Positions 40,415-53,797 of a DNA stretch of 64,000 nucleotides are shown in pieces; position 1 is the stretch's first letter; each line of letters begins with the position of its first letter. A program made the translations under genes and the position numbers. The notes under the pieces are model-generated. The model had not been told where the DNA came from. It worked only from the letters and a program-made list of their open reading frames with translations, and did not search any database. Source of the DNA: Octopus sinensis (Eukaryota); contig NC_043010.1 in the NCBI RefSeq assembly GCF_006345805.1, positions 7,254,001-7,318,000 on the forward strand, written 5' to 3'.

Positions 40415-41360
40415 ATATATATGTCATTATTTATAAATATAAAAAAGTATTTCTTAGTATTTTAGTTTTTAAATTCTAATTTCAGTAGCAATATTTTAAG
40501 TTTATTTTTTCTTCTTGTCCTGTATTTTTCCATTTTCAATACATAAGGATATTCTGGCATTCTGTACAGGTATTTTTCTTCTGTGTACTACTGGTTCAGT
40601 ACTTTATCAGGTTCAATACTAGGGAAATTCTAGAATTCTGCACCCGCATTTTCATTCTAGTAATATATATATATATATATAATATATATATATATATTAT
40701 ATATATATATATATTATATATATATATATATGTATATATATATGTATATATATATATTAATATATATATATATATATGCACCCCAATGTTTCTCTCATTC
40801 ATCTTTTTATCATCTGATCAATTACACCTAACCAGGAAACCCTGCATACCAATGAAATGAATGAGCAACATCTTCTGAATGAATAGTTTTTCCTACATGC
40901 ATTCCTGCCCAGGTATGGCTGAGTGGTAAAGAATTTTACTTTACAATCACGTAGTTTCTAATTTGATCCCATGGCTAGAAATTTTCAGCAAATGTATTTT
41001 CTTGTGATTGCACTAAAAATATATCTCCTTTTGCAATTTGATTGCAAGAGACAAACTAACTTCAACTTGAATAGACTACTTGAAATTTGAAATTTCTAAA
41101 GAGAATTTTGGCATAAGACATAAACATGATGTAAGTTTGCGTGAGCAATCTGCTTTTCATTTTGGATATGACCCCAAGTAAAAAATATTACTCTATTACA
41201 ACCAGTGACTGGTATCTTGAGTCGAGCTATGTCTTATGTGATTAAGTGGGTAAATAGAAGTTGTGTGGAACTGATTTGGATAAACTTTACATGTAATTCA
41301 AAAGCCCAGATCTATCACACACTTTGTTGCACCCATTCTGTCCAAAGATTAAATTCAGAA

Positions 41361-41716
41361 TACTCTTTACTCTTTTACTTGTTTCAGTCATTTGACTGTG
41401 GCCATGCTGGAGCACCGCCTTTAGTTGAGCAAATCGACCCCAGGACTTATTCTTTGTAAGCCCAGTACTTATTCTATCGGTCTCTTTTGCCGAACTACTA
41501 AGTGACGAGGATGTAAACACACCAGCATCAGTTGTCAAGCAATGCTAGGGGGACAAACACAGACACACAAACGCAGACACACACATATATATATATACAT
41601 ATATACGACAGGCTTCTTTCAGTTTCCGTCTACCAAATCCACTCAGAAGGCTTTGGTTGGCCCGGGGCTATAGCAGAAGACACTTGCCCAAGATGCCATG
41701 CAGTGGGACTGAATCC
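41361..41716 (-). mobile_element. SINE family A, head truncated
   Basis: Matches family A. Confidence 0.9.
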
Positions 41717-42035
41717 CCACTTGTATTTTAATAGAATGAGCAGATGGTGATGAGCTGGTAGAACTGTTACAATAAAAAGCTGAGTGGAATTTTGTTCATC
41801 CTTACATTTTGAGCTCAAATTCCACCAAGGTTAATTTCGCCTTTCATCCTTTTGGTGTCAATGAAATAAGTACCTGTTGAGCACTGGGGTCAAGGTAATT
41901 AATTAAACCCTCCCCTGAAATTGCTGGCCTTACACCAAAACTTGAAATCAATATTATCAGGGATCCATCTACATGTATGCACTTTCAGACACACACATCC
42001 AAGTACACACAGACAAGCATATATATATATTATAT

Positions 42036-42067
<32 letters not shown>

Positions 42068-42517
42068 ATATAATATATATATATATATATATTATTTAAT
42101 ATAACATACATACATTTCACTAAATCAGTAAATAACAGCATTTGCTCACCAGCTATGTTCAATTCATATAGATTCTTTCATGATTGCTATCACCTTGATC
42201 TTGATTGAGGAATTTTACTACACACACACACACACACACACACATACACACTAATACACACACAACACACATATGCATACACACACACACACCACACACA
42301 CACACACAAAGATATTTATATAGATAGATAGATCAGACGATGAGATAAGATTAGATAGATAGATAGATAGATAGAGAGATAATAGACAGACAACAGACAG
42401 AAGACAGATAGATAGATAGATAGATAATAATAGATAGTATAGATAAACACACACAGAGCTATATAACATATATATATATATAGTAGTTGAATGAATTATC
42501 CTAGTATGGATATTGGG

Positions 42518-42615
42518 TTCCTTGTCTTTCCTGATGAGAAGGCAGCATAATGCACCCCTTATTCCTTCGAATTAGGAATATGCAGTCTTCGAAACATATG
42601 TCGAGAATAAAGGAA
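42518..42615 (+). ncRNA. Type I hammerhead ribozyme motif (Penelope/retrozyme-like)
   Basis: CTGATGA (42531-42537), stem II GAAGGC-GCATA/TATGC-GTCTTC, GAAAC-ATAT-GTC (predicted cleavage after 42602), stem I TTCCTT...TTTC/GAGA...AAGGAA. Confidence 0.75.
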
Positions 42616-42653
42616 GTTTGTTAAATCATCGTTCAACTCCATTCTTTCATTTA

Positions 42654-42725
<72 letters not shown>

Positions 42726-42769
42726 TTATATATATATTTATATTTATATATATATATATTATATTATAT

Positions 42770-42839
<70 letters not shown>

Positions 42840-43515
42840 GTATATATATATATACCAATGACTTGTAGGACATTGTATTTCATTATACAACCATAATATA
42901 CTGCAACGAGATTTATTATTGCTATATTAAACACTTGTAAGTTAATACTGTGTTCTACTGTGTTAGCATTGCTATTAATCACTTATTAAATCTCTATAGG
43001 TTTTCTATACAAAATATACAAAATTGCAGGATTTCTTGCTCCTTCGCCAGCCCCCATCCAACCCATTAACCAATCATGAACTCCTTGCATATACACGCAT
43101 TACTCGTTTTCAGTTTCAATTTCGTTGTTGTTTACATTTAACATACTCAGATTATGAAACCTTGTAACAAACAATGCTGGCCATAATTGCTATAGAAAAT
43201 GTAGAGACAACCTTAACAAATGATACCTATATATACATACGTGTATACATACATACATACATACACGCATGCATACACATATACATACATACATTTCACT
43301 AAATCAGTAAATAACAGCATTTGCTCACCAGCTATGTTCAATTCATATAGATTCTTTCATGGATTGCTAGTCACCTTGATCTTTGATTGAGGAATTTTAC
43401 TACACACACACACACACACACACATACACACATATACACACACACACACACATATGCATACACACACAAACACACACACACACACAAAGATATTTATATA
43501 GATAGATAGATCAAC

Positions 43516-43625
<110 letters not shown>

Positions 43626-43699
43626 ACACACACAGAGCTATATAAACATATATATATATATAAGTAGTTGAATGAATTATCCTAGTATGGATAATTGGG

Positions 43700-43798
43700 T
43701 TCCTTGTCTTTCCTGATGAGAAGGCAGCATAATGCACCCCTTATTCCTTCGAAATTAGGAATATGCAGTCTTCGAAACATATGTCGAGAATAAAGGAA
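43700..43798 (+). ncRNA. Type I hammerhead ribozyme motif, duplicate copy
   Basis: CTGATGA 43713-43719, GAAA 43774, GTC 43783-43785; same stems as the first copy. Confidence 0.7.
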
Positions 43799-43852
43799 GT
43801 TTGTTAAATCATCGTTCAACTCCATTCTTTCATTTATATATATATATAATAT

Positions 43853-43905
<53 letters not shown>

Positions 43906-43950
43906 TTATATATATTTATATATTTATATATATATATTTATTTATATATA

Positions 43951-44010
<60 letters not shown>

Positions 44011-44389
44011 AATGACTTGTAGGACATTGTATTTCATTATACAACCATAATATACTGCAACAGAGATTTATTATTGCTATATTAAACACTTTGTAAGTTA
44101 ATACTGTGTTCTACTGTGTTAGCATTGCTATTAAATCACTTATTAAATCTCTATAGGTTTTCTATACAAAATATACAAAATTGCAGGATTTCTTGCTCCT
44201 TCGCCAGCCCCCATCCAACCCATTAACCAATCATGAACTCCTTGCATATACACGCATTACTCGTTTTTCAGTTTCAATTTCGTTGTTGTTTACATTTAAC
44301 ATACTCAGATATGAAACCTTGTAACAAATCAATGCTGGCCATAATTGCTATAGAAAATATGTAGAGACAACCTTAACAAATGATACATA

Positions 44390-44960
44390 TATATACATAC
44401 GTGTATACATACATACATACATACACGCATGCATACACATATACATACATACATGCATGCAGGCATACATACATACATACACACATACATACATACATAC
44501 ATACATACATACATACATACATACATACATACATACATACATACATACATACTGGCTATAATTGCTATAGAAAATATGTAGACAACCTTAAATGATACAT
44601 ATATATATGTGTATACATACATACATGCATACACACATACATACATACATACATGCATACATACATGCATACACACATACAGTCATACATACATACATAC
44701 AAACAAACATACATACATACATACATACATACATGCATACACACATACAGTCATACATTCATACATACATACATACATACATACATACATGCATACATAC
44801 ATACATACATACATACATCATACATACACACATACATGCATACACACATACAGTCATACATACAAACATACATGCATACATACATACATACATACATACA
44901 TACATACATACACACATACACACATACATGCAAACATACATATATACATACATACGTACA
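44390..44960. repeat. (CATA)n microsatellite block
   Basis: Direct inspection. Confidence 0.95.
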
Positions 44961-45695
44961 TGTAGTTTTATATGCATTTGATGAGGGCAATCATGCATAA
45001 TTTATACAAGTCTCAAGCAATTTATCACACATTTGTATTTGCATCATGTCGTTTGAAATGGAATGCGACTGAAACAATTATAGCAGACATTAAAATTGTT
45101 ATACAGATATCTTCATCTTTGTCTTCTATTATACATTACAAACATACATACTAATTCATTCTGTTTCTAATATACATCCAGATGTTTTGCACCTATGAAT
45201 TATATTTGAGGGAATCACAACACTAAATATTACTTTTTATGTGTAGACAGCCAAGAATTCATATCAAGCAATGCATAAGGAATACATCAAGATTTTACTA
45301 AACCTAAATTCACTCTTAATACAGGTTTCGGTGCAAAGCCTACAAAACTTTAAGTTACAGGGACCGAATCAAGCTGTTTTAAATAATGTATGTGTTTTTG
45401 TTCACACACACACACACGTCTGTATATGTCTGTGTGTGTGTATATATATGTGTATATCTATATATGTATATATATATTTTTTTCCAAGTATGTATGTATG
45501 TATATATATATATATATAACGGGAAGCTTTACGAAAATAAACAAAAGACGAAGGCAGGTGGAGTACAAACAAACAATTGTATTAGTATGGCACTCAGGAA
45601 TAGAAATAGAACAAGTCTTTTACATTTCGAGCCTACGCTCTTCAACAGAAAGATACACAGAAAAGAAACACGGATATATATATATATATATATAT

Positions 45696-45842
45696 ATCTG
45701 TAAAAATAATATGTGACAATTACTCGGTAGCCAAGATAAAACTCTGAGTTTTGGATGCCAAAGTGGAAATCCACACCACCATCTCTTCAGTTATCTGGCC
45801 TTCTTCGCTACCGAGTAATTGTCTCATATTACATTTACAGAT
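45696..45842 (-). other. Long hairpin with a degenerate hammerhead-like core at its apex
   Basis: About 36-bp outer stem; minus strand CCAGATAA CTGAAGA GATG...CATC C AAAA CTC A GAG TT TTATCT TGG, with GAAA changed to AAAA. Confidence 0.55.
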
Positions 45843-45905
45843 AAATTTCCTCTATTTACATAATGTTGAAGTCTCTTTCTTTCTTTTGTTATCATACCAT
45901 TTTTA

Positions 45906-45943
<38 letters not shown>

Positions 45944-46277
45944 TGTTTTCCTTCAGTTTCCTTGTATACTCCACTCTCATGTTTTTGTTTCCAGCTTTGA
46001 TACTCCAAAAATCCTAAATTTTATTTTAGAATTTATGAGAGTACCTGTCTTTGAAGACTTATATTGTCATTGAATGCTCAAAATGAGGAGTGGATAGAGA
46101 GCCGACAACTCATGAAGGGTCCTTTCTCTGTGTTTATTCCTCCTGTTCTCATTGTTTACATATGTAACTCGTTTGTTTATGTATTTCATGTTGTCTGAAC
46201 CATTGGTAACGTCCTGAACCTATATATGCATGTATGAATGTATATATATATATATATGCTATATATTATTTACTATA

Positions 46278-46603
46278 TCATCATCATCATCATCATCGTT
46301 TAACGTCCGCTTTCCATGCTAGCATGGGTTGGACGGTTCGACTGGGGTCTGGGAAGCCCGAAGGCTGCACCAGGCCAGTCAGATCTGGCAGTGTTTCTAC
46401 AGCTGGATGCCCTTCCTAACGCCAACCACTCCGTGAGTGTAGTGGGTGCTTTTTATGTGCCACCGACACAGGTGCCAGACGAGGCTGGCGAACGGCCATG
46501 CTCGGATGGTGTTTTTTATGTACTACCGACACAGGTGCCAGACGAGGCTGGTGAACGGCCACGCTCAGATGGTGTTTTTTATGTGCTACCGGCACAGAGG
46601 CCA
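46278..46603 (-). mobile_element. Family D with 63-bp tandem array
   Basis: Cores start at 46445, 46508 and 46571. Confidence 0.8.
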
Positions 46604-46625
46604 CACACACACATATGTATATATC

Positions 46626-46760
46626 TATATTTGAAAAAATGAACAGAAATGGCTTTTCAGATAATTTTTCCACTTTAATAATTAGGTGTTAAACATCTAA
46701 TTAAAGTGGAAAAATTATTAGAAAAGTCATTTCCATTCATTTTTTTTTTTCAAATATATA
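46626..46760. repeat. AT-rich imperfect palindrome
   Basis: ATAATTTTTCCACTTTAAT..TTAGGTGTT / AACATCTAATTAAAGTGGAAAAATTAT, with further paired flanks. Confidence 0.8.
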
Positions 46761-46866
46761 ATACTGTACCAAAGTATGAAACTAATACACCTGCTTGTTT
46801 TTCCCCTCACCTGTCTTCATCTTTTGCTTCCTGTAAATTTGAACTATACATATATATATAATATAT

Positions 46867-46961
<95 letters not shown>

Positions 46962-47010
46962 TTCCTGAAGATTTCATCTGAATGAAACAGTCTAGTCCTG
47001 TAGAAGCTCC

Positions 47011-47046
<36 letters not shown>

Positions 47047-47874
47047 CACACACACACACACACACAAGGAAACAAATGGAAGAAAGTAGTACCGAACACA
47101 TATGCAGTCGGTTTTTGAGTAAAAAAATATATTCAATAGAGCCCAGTTATTTCCTCTTTTGAAATATAGAGTATCGACTAAAGCCTGACTACCTGTCTAT
47201 AGTGCAACTTCTACAGTTTTGCATCAATCCTTTACACAAAATTACTTCTTTTATTGCATATTATTATGGTTATTCAGTGTACAGAAAAGAGGTTCCGTGA
47301 TTGCTATAAGATTTGCTCTTTCAAGCCTGGTGCAAGATTGTCTCCATTATATTTTGTCTGAATTTTGCATGACATTTTTTTTTCCTAAATGTGAATTTAC
47401 TATTGGTCATGCCTTATGCCTGATATTCTGCTAGCAGAGTTACTGTAAGTCATGCATCAAGCAGCTTCTGTTGTATAGCTTTGGCTATTACCAGATCTTC
47501 TCTGTTACTTCTTTAGTGAGTACTAGATTTAATTATCTGTAAAACTATCTTATGGCTTGTTTTATTCTGATATTTTTACTACTTAAGCTATTTTGTATAT
47601 ATTAAGGAATCACTCTATGATGCAGAACTTCGGAGATGCTTTATCAATCAATGCAATTTAAAATGCATTGTGAAAATGCCTAACACAGGCAGTACACAAT
47701 GAAAAGAACATCAAACCAGCAGTTTGAAACAGCAATGGGCTATACATGAAACATTCAATTTAATGGAATATAGAAGATTATTTACATATATTGAAAAATA
47801 CAATAGAGTTGAATTAGTTGGAGAAACTTGATAGAAAACTATTAAAATCTTATCAGCATCAGGATATCACTCAC

Positions 47875-47903
47875 CTTCTCTCTCCTTCTCCTCTCTCTTT
47901 CTT

Positions 47904-47940
<37 letters not shown>

Positions 47941-48560
47941 CCATCTATCTATCCATCTATCTATCCATCTATCCATCCATCTATCTATCCATCTATCTAT
48001 CCATCTATCTTTTTTTTTTATTTTATTCTCCCCTTTTTTGTCCTCTTTCTTTCCCTTTATGATCCCTTTTGATCGAAAACCAAACCCCCTTTTTTTACCC
48101 CCAAAAGAAAAGCTCTACCTTGTAATTTGTCCTGTCTGTGTGCAGCCCTGTGTGGCTAATAAAGAAACATATCTATTCATCTATCTATCCATCTATCTAT
48201 CCAACTATCCATCCATCTATCTATTCATCTATCTATCTATCTATCCATCTATCTATCCATCTATCCATCCATCTATCCATCCATCCATCCATCCATCCAT
48301 CCATCCATCCATCCATCCATCCATCCATCCATCTATCTATCTATCTATCTCTATATATATGTATATATGTACATGTGTATATATGTGTTTATATATATAT
48401 GTATATATGTACATGTGTATATATGTGTTTATATATATATATGTATATATACATGTGTGTGTGTGCACACATATATATATATATATATATGTGTATGTAT
48501 ATGTACATGCATATATATTTTTTCGTATATACTTATATTTACATATATAAACATATGAAT
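47875..48560. repeat. (CT)n/(CTAT)n/(CCAT)n/(TA)n microsatellite block
   Basis: Direct inspection. Confidence 0.9.
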
Positions 48561-48851
48561 ACATGCACACATACACTCATAACGATCCTGGGTCAAGGTG
48601 AAAAGCTCCCAATGAAATTAATATAGAATAAATCATACAGTTTAACGATTATAGAATGCCGCCAATCCATTATTCTAAACGTATCAAAATTACTCAAAGA
48701 CATTCAATACGATTCAGTTCATTATCATCAGACCTGACTGACTTGTGCATCTGCTTCACTCAAATTAATGTGGATTAGGTGTACAAAACGACCAAATCTC
48801 ATGAAAACGATATCAACTACAATGAGTGCCTTGCAATTATTTTGAAACTAT

Positions 48852-49288
48852 TACTCTTTACTCTTTTACTCTTTTACTTGTTTCAGTCATTTTGACTGCG
48901 GCCATGCTGGAGCACCACCTTTAGTCGAGCAACTCGACCCCGGAACTTATTCTTTTGTAAGCCCAGTGCTTATTCTATCTATCGGTCTCTTTTGCCGAAC
49001 CGCTAAGTGACGGGGATGTAAACACACCAGCATCGGTTGTCAAGCAATGCTAGGGGGACAAACACAGACATACAAACACACACACACACACATATACATA
49101 TACATAAATATATATACATATATACGACAGGCTTCTTTCAGTTTCCGTCTACCAAATCCACTCACAAGGCATTGGTCGGCCCGGGGCTATAGCAGAAGAC
49201 ACTTGCCCAAGATGCCACGCAGTGGGACTGAACCCGCAACCATGTGGTTGGTTAGCAAGCTACTTACCACACAGCCACTCCTGCGCCT
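48852..49288 (-). mobile_element. SINE family A, full length
   Basis: Matches family A. Confidence 0.92.
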
Positions 49289-49574
49289 ATTAGTAACATT
49301 GACTGATTAAGTCCTCTATCTACATGTGTGTGTTTGTGTGTTTGTGTGCATGTGTGTGTAAAACAAAAACCCACTTTTTGAAGCTGATTAGGATTGGACA
49401 AGTCAACCATACAAAATATCCCCAAATATCTTCATCATTTGTCATCTTATCTATTTTTCTGTGGAGCCAAGCTTCCTGGTATCTGACCTCACCACTTCTT
49501 CACATATCCTATTTTTTTATGGAAAACCTTAACCAGCATTAAAATAAAAAAATCCTTAAGCAATATCATTATCT

Positions 49575-49961
49575 GGTGGAAGCACTCCGTCGGTTACGAC
49601 GATGAGGGTTCCGGTTGATCTGAATCAACGGAACAGCCTGCTCATGAAATTAACGTGTAAGTGGCTGAGCACTCCACAGACACGTGTACCCTTAACGTAG
49701 TTCTCGGGGATATTCAGCGTGACACAGAGAGTGACAAGGCCGGCCCTTTGAAATACAGGTACAACAGAAACAGGAAGTAAGAGTGAGAGAAAGTTGTGGT
49801 GAAAGTGTACAGCAGGGATCACTACAATCCCCTGCCGGAGCCTCGGGGAGCTTTAAGTGTTTTCGCTCAATAAACACTCACAACGCCCGGTCTGGGAATC
49901 GAAACCGTGATCCTATGACCGCGAGTCCGCTACCCTAACCACTGGGCCATTGCGCCTCCCC
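49575..49961 (-). mobile_element. SINE family C, with 11-bp TSD
   Basis: TSD TATCATTATCT at 49564-49574 and 49962-49972. Confidence 0.92.
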
Positions 49962-50637
49962 TATCATTATCTACTGGCATCACAAATGTGTCTCCACATC
50001 ACAAATGTGTCTCCACATCACAAATGGGTAACTTGGGCTCTGCTATTTATCCAGGTTAAAATTATATATCTATCAAATCATACTTGTCTCATTTTCACCT
50101 ATTTCTGTCTGCATTTTGCTAGCATGCAACACCAATGTGATTTATGGTTGATTTACCTGTTAGGAATAGTAACGAGTAATAGCAAGTAAATTTGATTCAA
50201 AAGACTAATATTTTGAAAAAAGAAGTACACAATATATAAAGTACACTGGAATATATAAAAAACAAAAAACAAAATAAACATGATTGAAATACCTTTGATC
50301 ATAGGATTGCTCAATCAGGGCTGACCTATACTACGTACTATTTGAAATATACACTTTCTGTATGTAGTATAAGTTTTACACAAAGGTAGAAATCTCGCAT
50401 TAACAAGAGAGACAACATGTTCACTGAAATTGTATCACTAATTCCCTATGCTATTGATCATTCTTTTGTTATAACTACCCCAGCACTAATTAGATATGTA
50501 TGCATCTATGTATACCTGAAAGCAAGCATGCCTACACACATGTATACATACTTTTACAAATGTATGCATATGATCTTAACATCATTTTCAAGTATCACTT
50601 TTGAAACATTTTCCATATTTTTTAAAATATAGCAGTA

Positions 50638-51931
50638 TACATGGTCTGACCAATAAGTATCTGGACTGTTGTCTTAATAACGAAGCTAAAGTACGCAGAG
50701 TGAAGCCGCTTAGCACAGATTGACCTTGATCTCTGCTGTGCATGCACACTAAGTTTTAATGTTCTAGCTCACTTCCACTGTTTACAGCAGTGCTTGGAAG
50801 GAAGGTGTGTAGTGTGTGATCATTGCATTGACCTTGAATCAACATCAAATTTTACCAAAAGCTTGGTGATAACTGCTCAGTGGCCTATGCAAGAAGTGTA
50901 TGGCAAGGAGGGTATGAGCCGAAAAATGTCAAGTGACGAACGTTCTGGGAGACCCACAACCAACAGAACTGAGAAAAACATCACAGATGTGCATGCAGCT
51001 GAGGGAAAATTGTTGAATCACCATCTGTAATCTGTAAGTTATCAGATGTGCAGATTAGTTATAGTTCAAATCAGTCCATTATCACTGCAGATTTGGGTAT
51101 GAAACACATGTCTGCCAAGTTTGTGCCAAAACTACTTTAAGCTGACAACACCCCTGTCCATTCAGCCATTCAGCACAGCTTGTGCAGCAGTTTTTGGTTA
51201 GATACATCATTCCCAGGTCCAACAGCCACCATATTCCCCAGATCTCAAACGCCTTGCGACTTTTTCCTCTTTCCAAAAATCAAATCTCACTTGACAGGAA
51301 TAAGATTTCAGGACAGCAAGGAAATCAAAGTGAATGCAATGAGGTAGCTGCTAATTATCCCAGTAATGCTTCCATCAATGGAAACAATACTGAATTAAGT
51401 GTATAATTTTTGAAGAGGACTACTTTGAAGGAGATTAAATGCCAAATTGAAATATATATAGTAGTTTTGTTTTTATAGCACCAATCTGGATACTTTTCTA
51501 CTCTAAGCACAAAGCCTGAAATTTTTGGGGAGGGGGCCAGTCGATTAGAACAACCCCAGTTTACAAAGGGTACTTAATTTATCAACCCCAAAATGATGAA
51601 AGGCAAAGTTGACCTCGGCAGAATTTGAACTCAGAACGTAAAGACAGACGAAATACCTATTTCTTTACTACCCACAAGGGGCTAAACACAGAGAGGACAA
51701 ACAAGGACACACAAACGGATTAAGTCGTTTTTTTTTTATATCGATTCCAGTGCGTAACTGGTACTTATTTAACCAACCCCGAAAGGATGAAAGGCAAAGT
51801 TGACCTTGGCAGAATTTGAACTCAGAACGTAAAGACGAACGAAATACCACTAAGCATTTCACCTGGTGTGCTAACGTTTCTGCCAACTCACCACCTTTAC
51901 CAGCTTGGATATCTATTGATTAGACCTCGTA
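50638..51931 (+). mobile_element. Internally deleted mariner of the same family as the fold-back elements, with normal 5' and 3' ends and SINE B in its right end
   Basis: 5' end TACATGGTCTGACCAATAAGTATCTGGAC; remnants DERSGRPTTNRT and QPPYSPDL..PCDFFLFPKIK; 3' end TATTGATTAGACCTCGTA. Confidence 0.85.
51497..51896 (-). mobile_element. Two adjacent or nested family B SINEs
   Basis: GATGAAAGGCAAAGTTGACCT.GGCAGAATTTGAACTCAGAACG occurs twice. Confidence 0.85.
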
Positions 51932-52381
51932 TGTAGAAGCAATACGTGTTTCATAGCTGAAGTCACTTGTCACATGTGTTTGAGTACGTCATTTAATCTG
52001 GGTCCCTTCCGATTGAACAGGCCATGATGTCCCAGTTTTAATTCAGATAAAATCTTGTTGGCCTCTGTTTGGTGTTGGTTGAGCACGATAGTCATGAAAA
52101 ATTTTCAAGCTATTCTGTTTTAGTCTAAGTGTATTGCACTTAGAAGTACATTATTCAAAGTGTAATTTTTAATATGGCAGAGTATGGTATTTTCCTGCAA
52201 GTCCAGTGAATATGGAAAATGCATAAAAGTGGCACCAACATTTCAGTGATGAATGGTTAATTAAAATGTGGAATATGATTAATTAAAATATGGAAAAGAA
52301 ATATTATCGCTATTGAAAAATTCCTCATCCAAAGTTGTACCACAACCTACTTAAGAAGCGAAATATAAATAATAAGCAAAT

Positions 52382-52794
52382 AGGCGCAGGAGTGGCTGTG
52401 TGGTAAGTAGCTTGCTAACCAACCACATGGTTCCGGGTTCAGTCCCACTGCGTGGCATCTTGGGCAAGTGTCTTCTGCTATAGCCCCGGGCCGACCAATG
52501 CCTTGTGAGTGGATTTGGTAGACAGAAACTGAAAGAAGCCTGTCGTATATATGTATATATATATAAGCGTGTGTGTATATGTTTGTGTGTCTGTGTTTGT
52601 CTCCCTAGCATTGCTTGACAACCGATGCTGGTGTGTTTACGTCCCCGTCACTTAGCGGTTCGGCAAAAGAGACCGATAGAATAAGTACTGGGCTTACAAA
52701 AGAATAAGTCCTGGGGTCGATTTGCTCGACTAAAGTCGGTGCTCCAGCATGGCCGCAGTCAAATGACTGAAACAAGTAAAAGAGTAAAAGAGTA
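52382..52794 (+). mobile_element. SINE family A, full length
   Basis: Matches family A. Confidence 0.92.
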
Positions 52795-53389
52795 TATCAA
52801 AAGATATACATCTATCATCTGTAAATTGTATAATAAATTTCTGCAGTTTCCGTCTATGAAATTTCCTCCTCAGAGTATTGGATGACACTAGACTATGATA
52901 AAAGATGCTGCGCCCCAGATTCTATGCTATATGATTGAACTAAAAACCATGTAGTTGTGAAGCAAAACTTGTAAACTACACAATCATGCCAGTTCCTGTA
53001 TATCTGCCTTTGAGAAATTTCTACAGACTCTTCAAGAGATTCACTCATCAATTGAAATATGAAGAAATAAAGTAAGACAGACCTCTCAAAGTTAGTCTAA
53101 TCTAATTATACTTGTTGTCATTTTGAAAAGCACCCAATTAAGTTGGTTTCATTGAAAATAAAATTTTATTTTGAATTTCAAGAAATAAATAAAAATTTTT
53201 AAACTTGCTGTGCTTGAATTAATAAAAAAGTTAGCAGAACCAATTGCACTCAGCCAACAATAATAAATTGCTGTAATGATTTTGATAACAACAATAGTGA
53301 CGACGATGACGACGATGACAACAACAACAACAAGAACAACACTGTCACCACTATCACCACCAACAATAACAACATTGATAATAAGGAGA

Positions 53390-53664
53390 ATATTATTATT
53401 ATTATTATTATTATTATTGTTGTTGTTGTTGTTGTAGTTGTTATTGTTATTATTATTATTATTATTATTGTTGTTGTTGTTGTTTTTGTTATTGTTATTA
53501 TTATTATTATTGTTGTTGTTGTTGTTTTTGTTATTGTTATTATTATTATTATTATTATTATTGTTGTTGTTGTTGTTGTTTTTGTTATTGTTATTATTAT
53601 TATTATTATATTATTATTATTATTATTATTATTATCATTATTATTGTTGTTGTTGTTTTTGTTA

Positions 53665-53696
<32 letters not shown>

Positions 53697-53703
53697 GTTG
53701 TTA

Positions 53704-53735
<32 letters not shown>

Positions 53736-53797
53736 GCTATTATTATTATTATTATTAATAATAATAGTAATAATAATAGTAATAATAATAATAATAG
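53390..53797. repeat. (TTA/TTG)n microsatellite that switches to (TAA)n at about 53757
   Basis: Direct inspection. Confidence 0.95.

Noticed and set aside
46961-47013. CTGAAGA...GAAACAGTCTAGTC hammerhead-like string (partial copy near 62477)
   Set aside because: Stem I cannot be paired and stem II is weak; at best a decayed remnant.
49978-50027. 19-bp tandem repeat CATCACAAATGTGTCTCCA, about 2.5 copies
   Set aside because: Local slippage duplication with no further structure.
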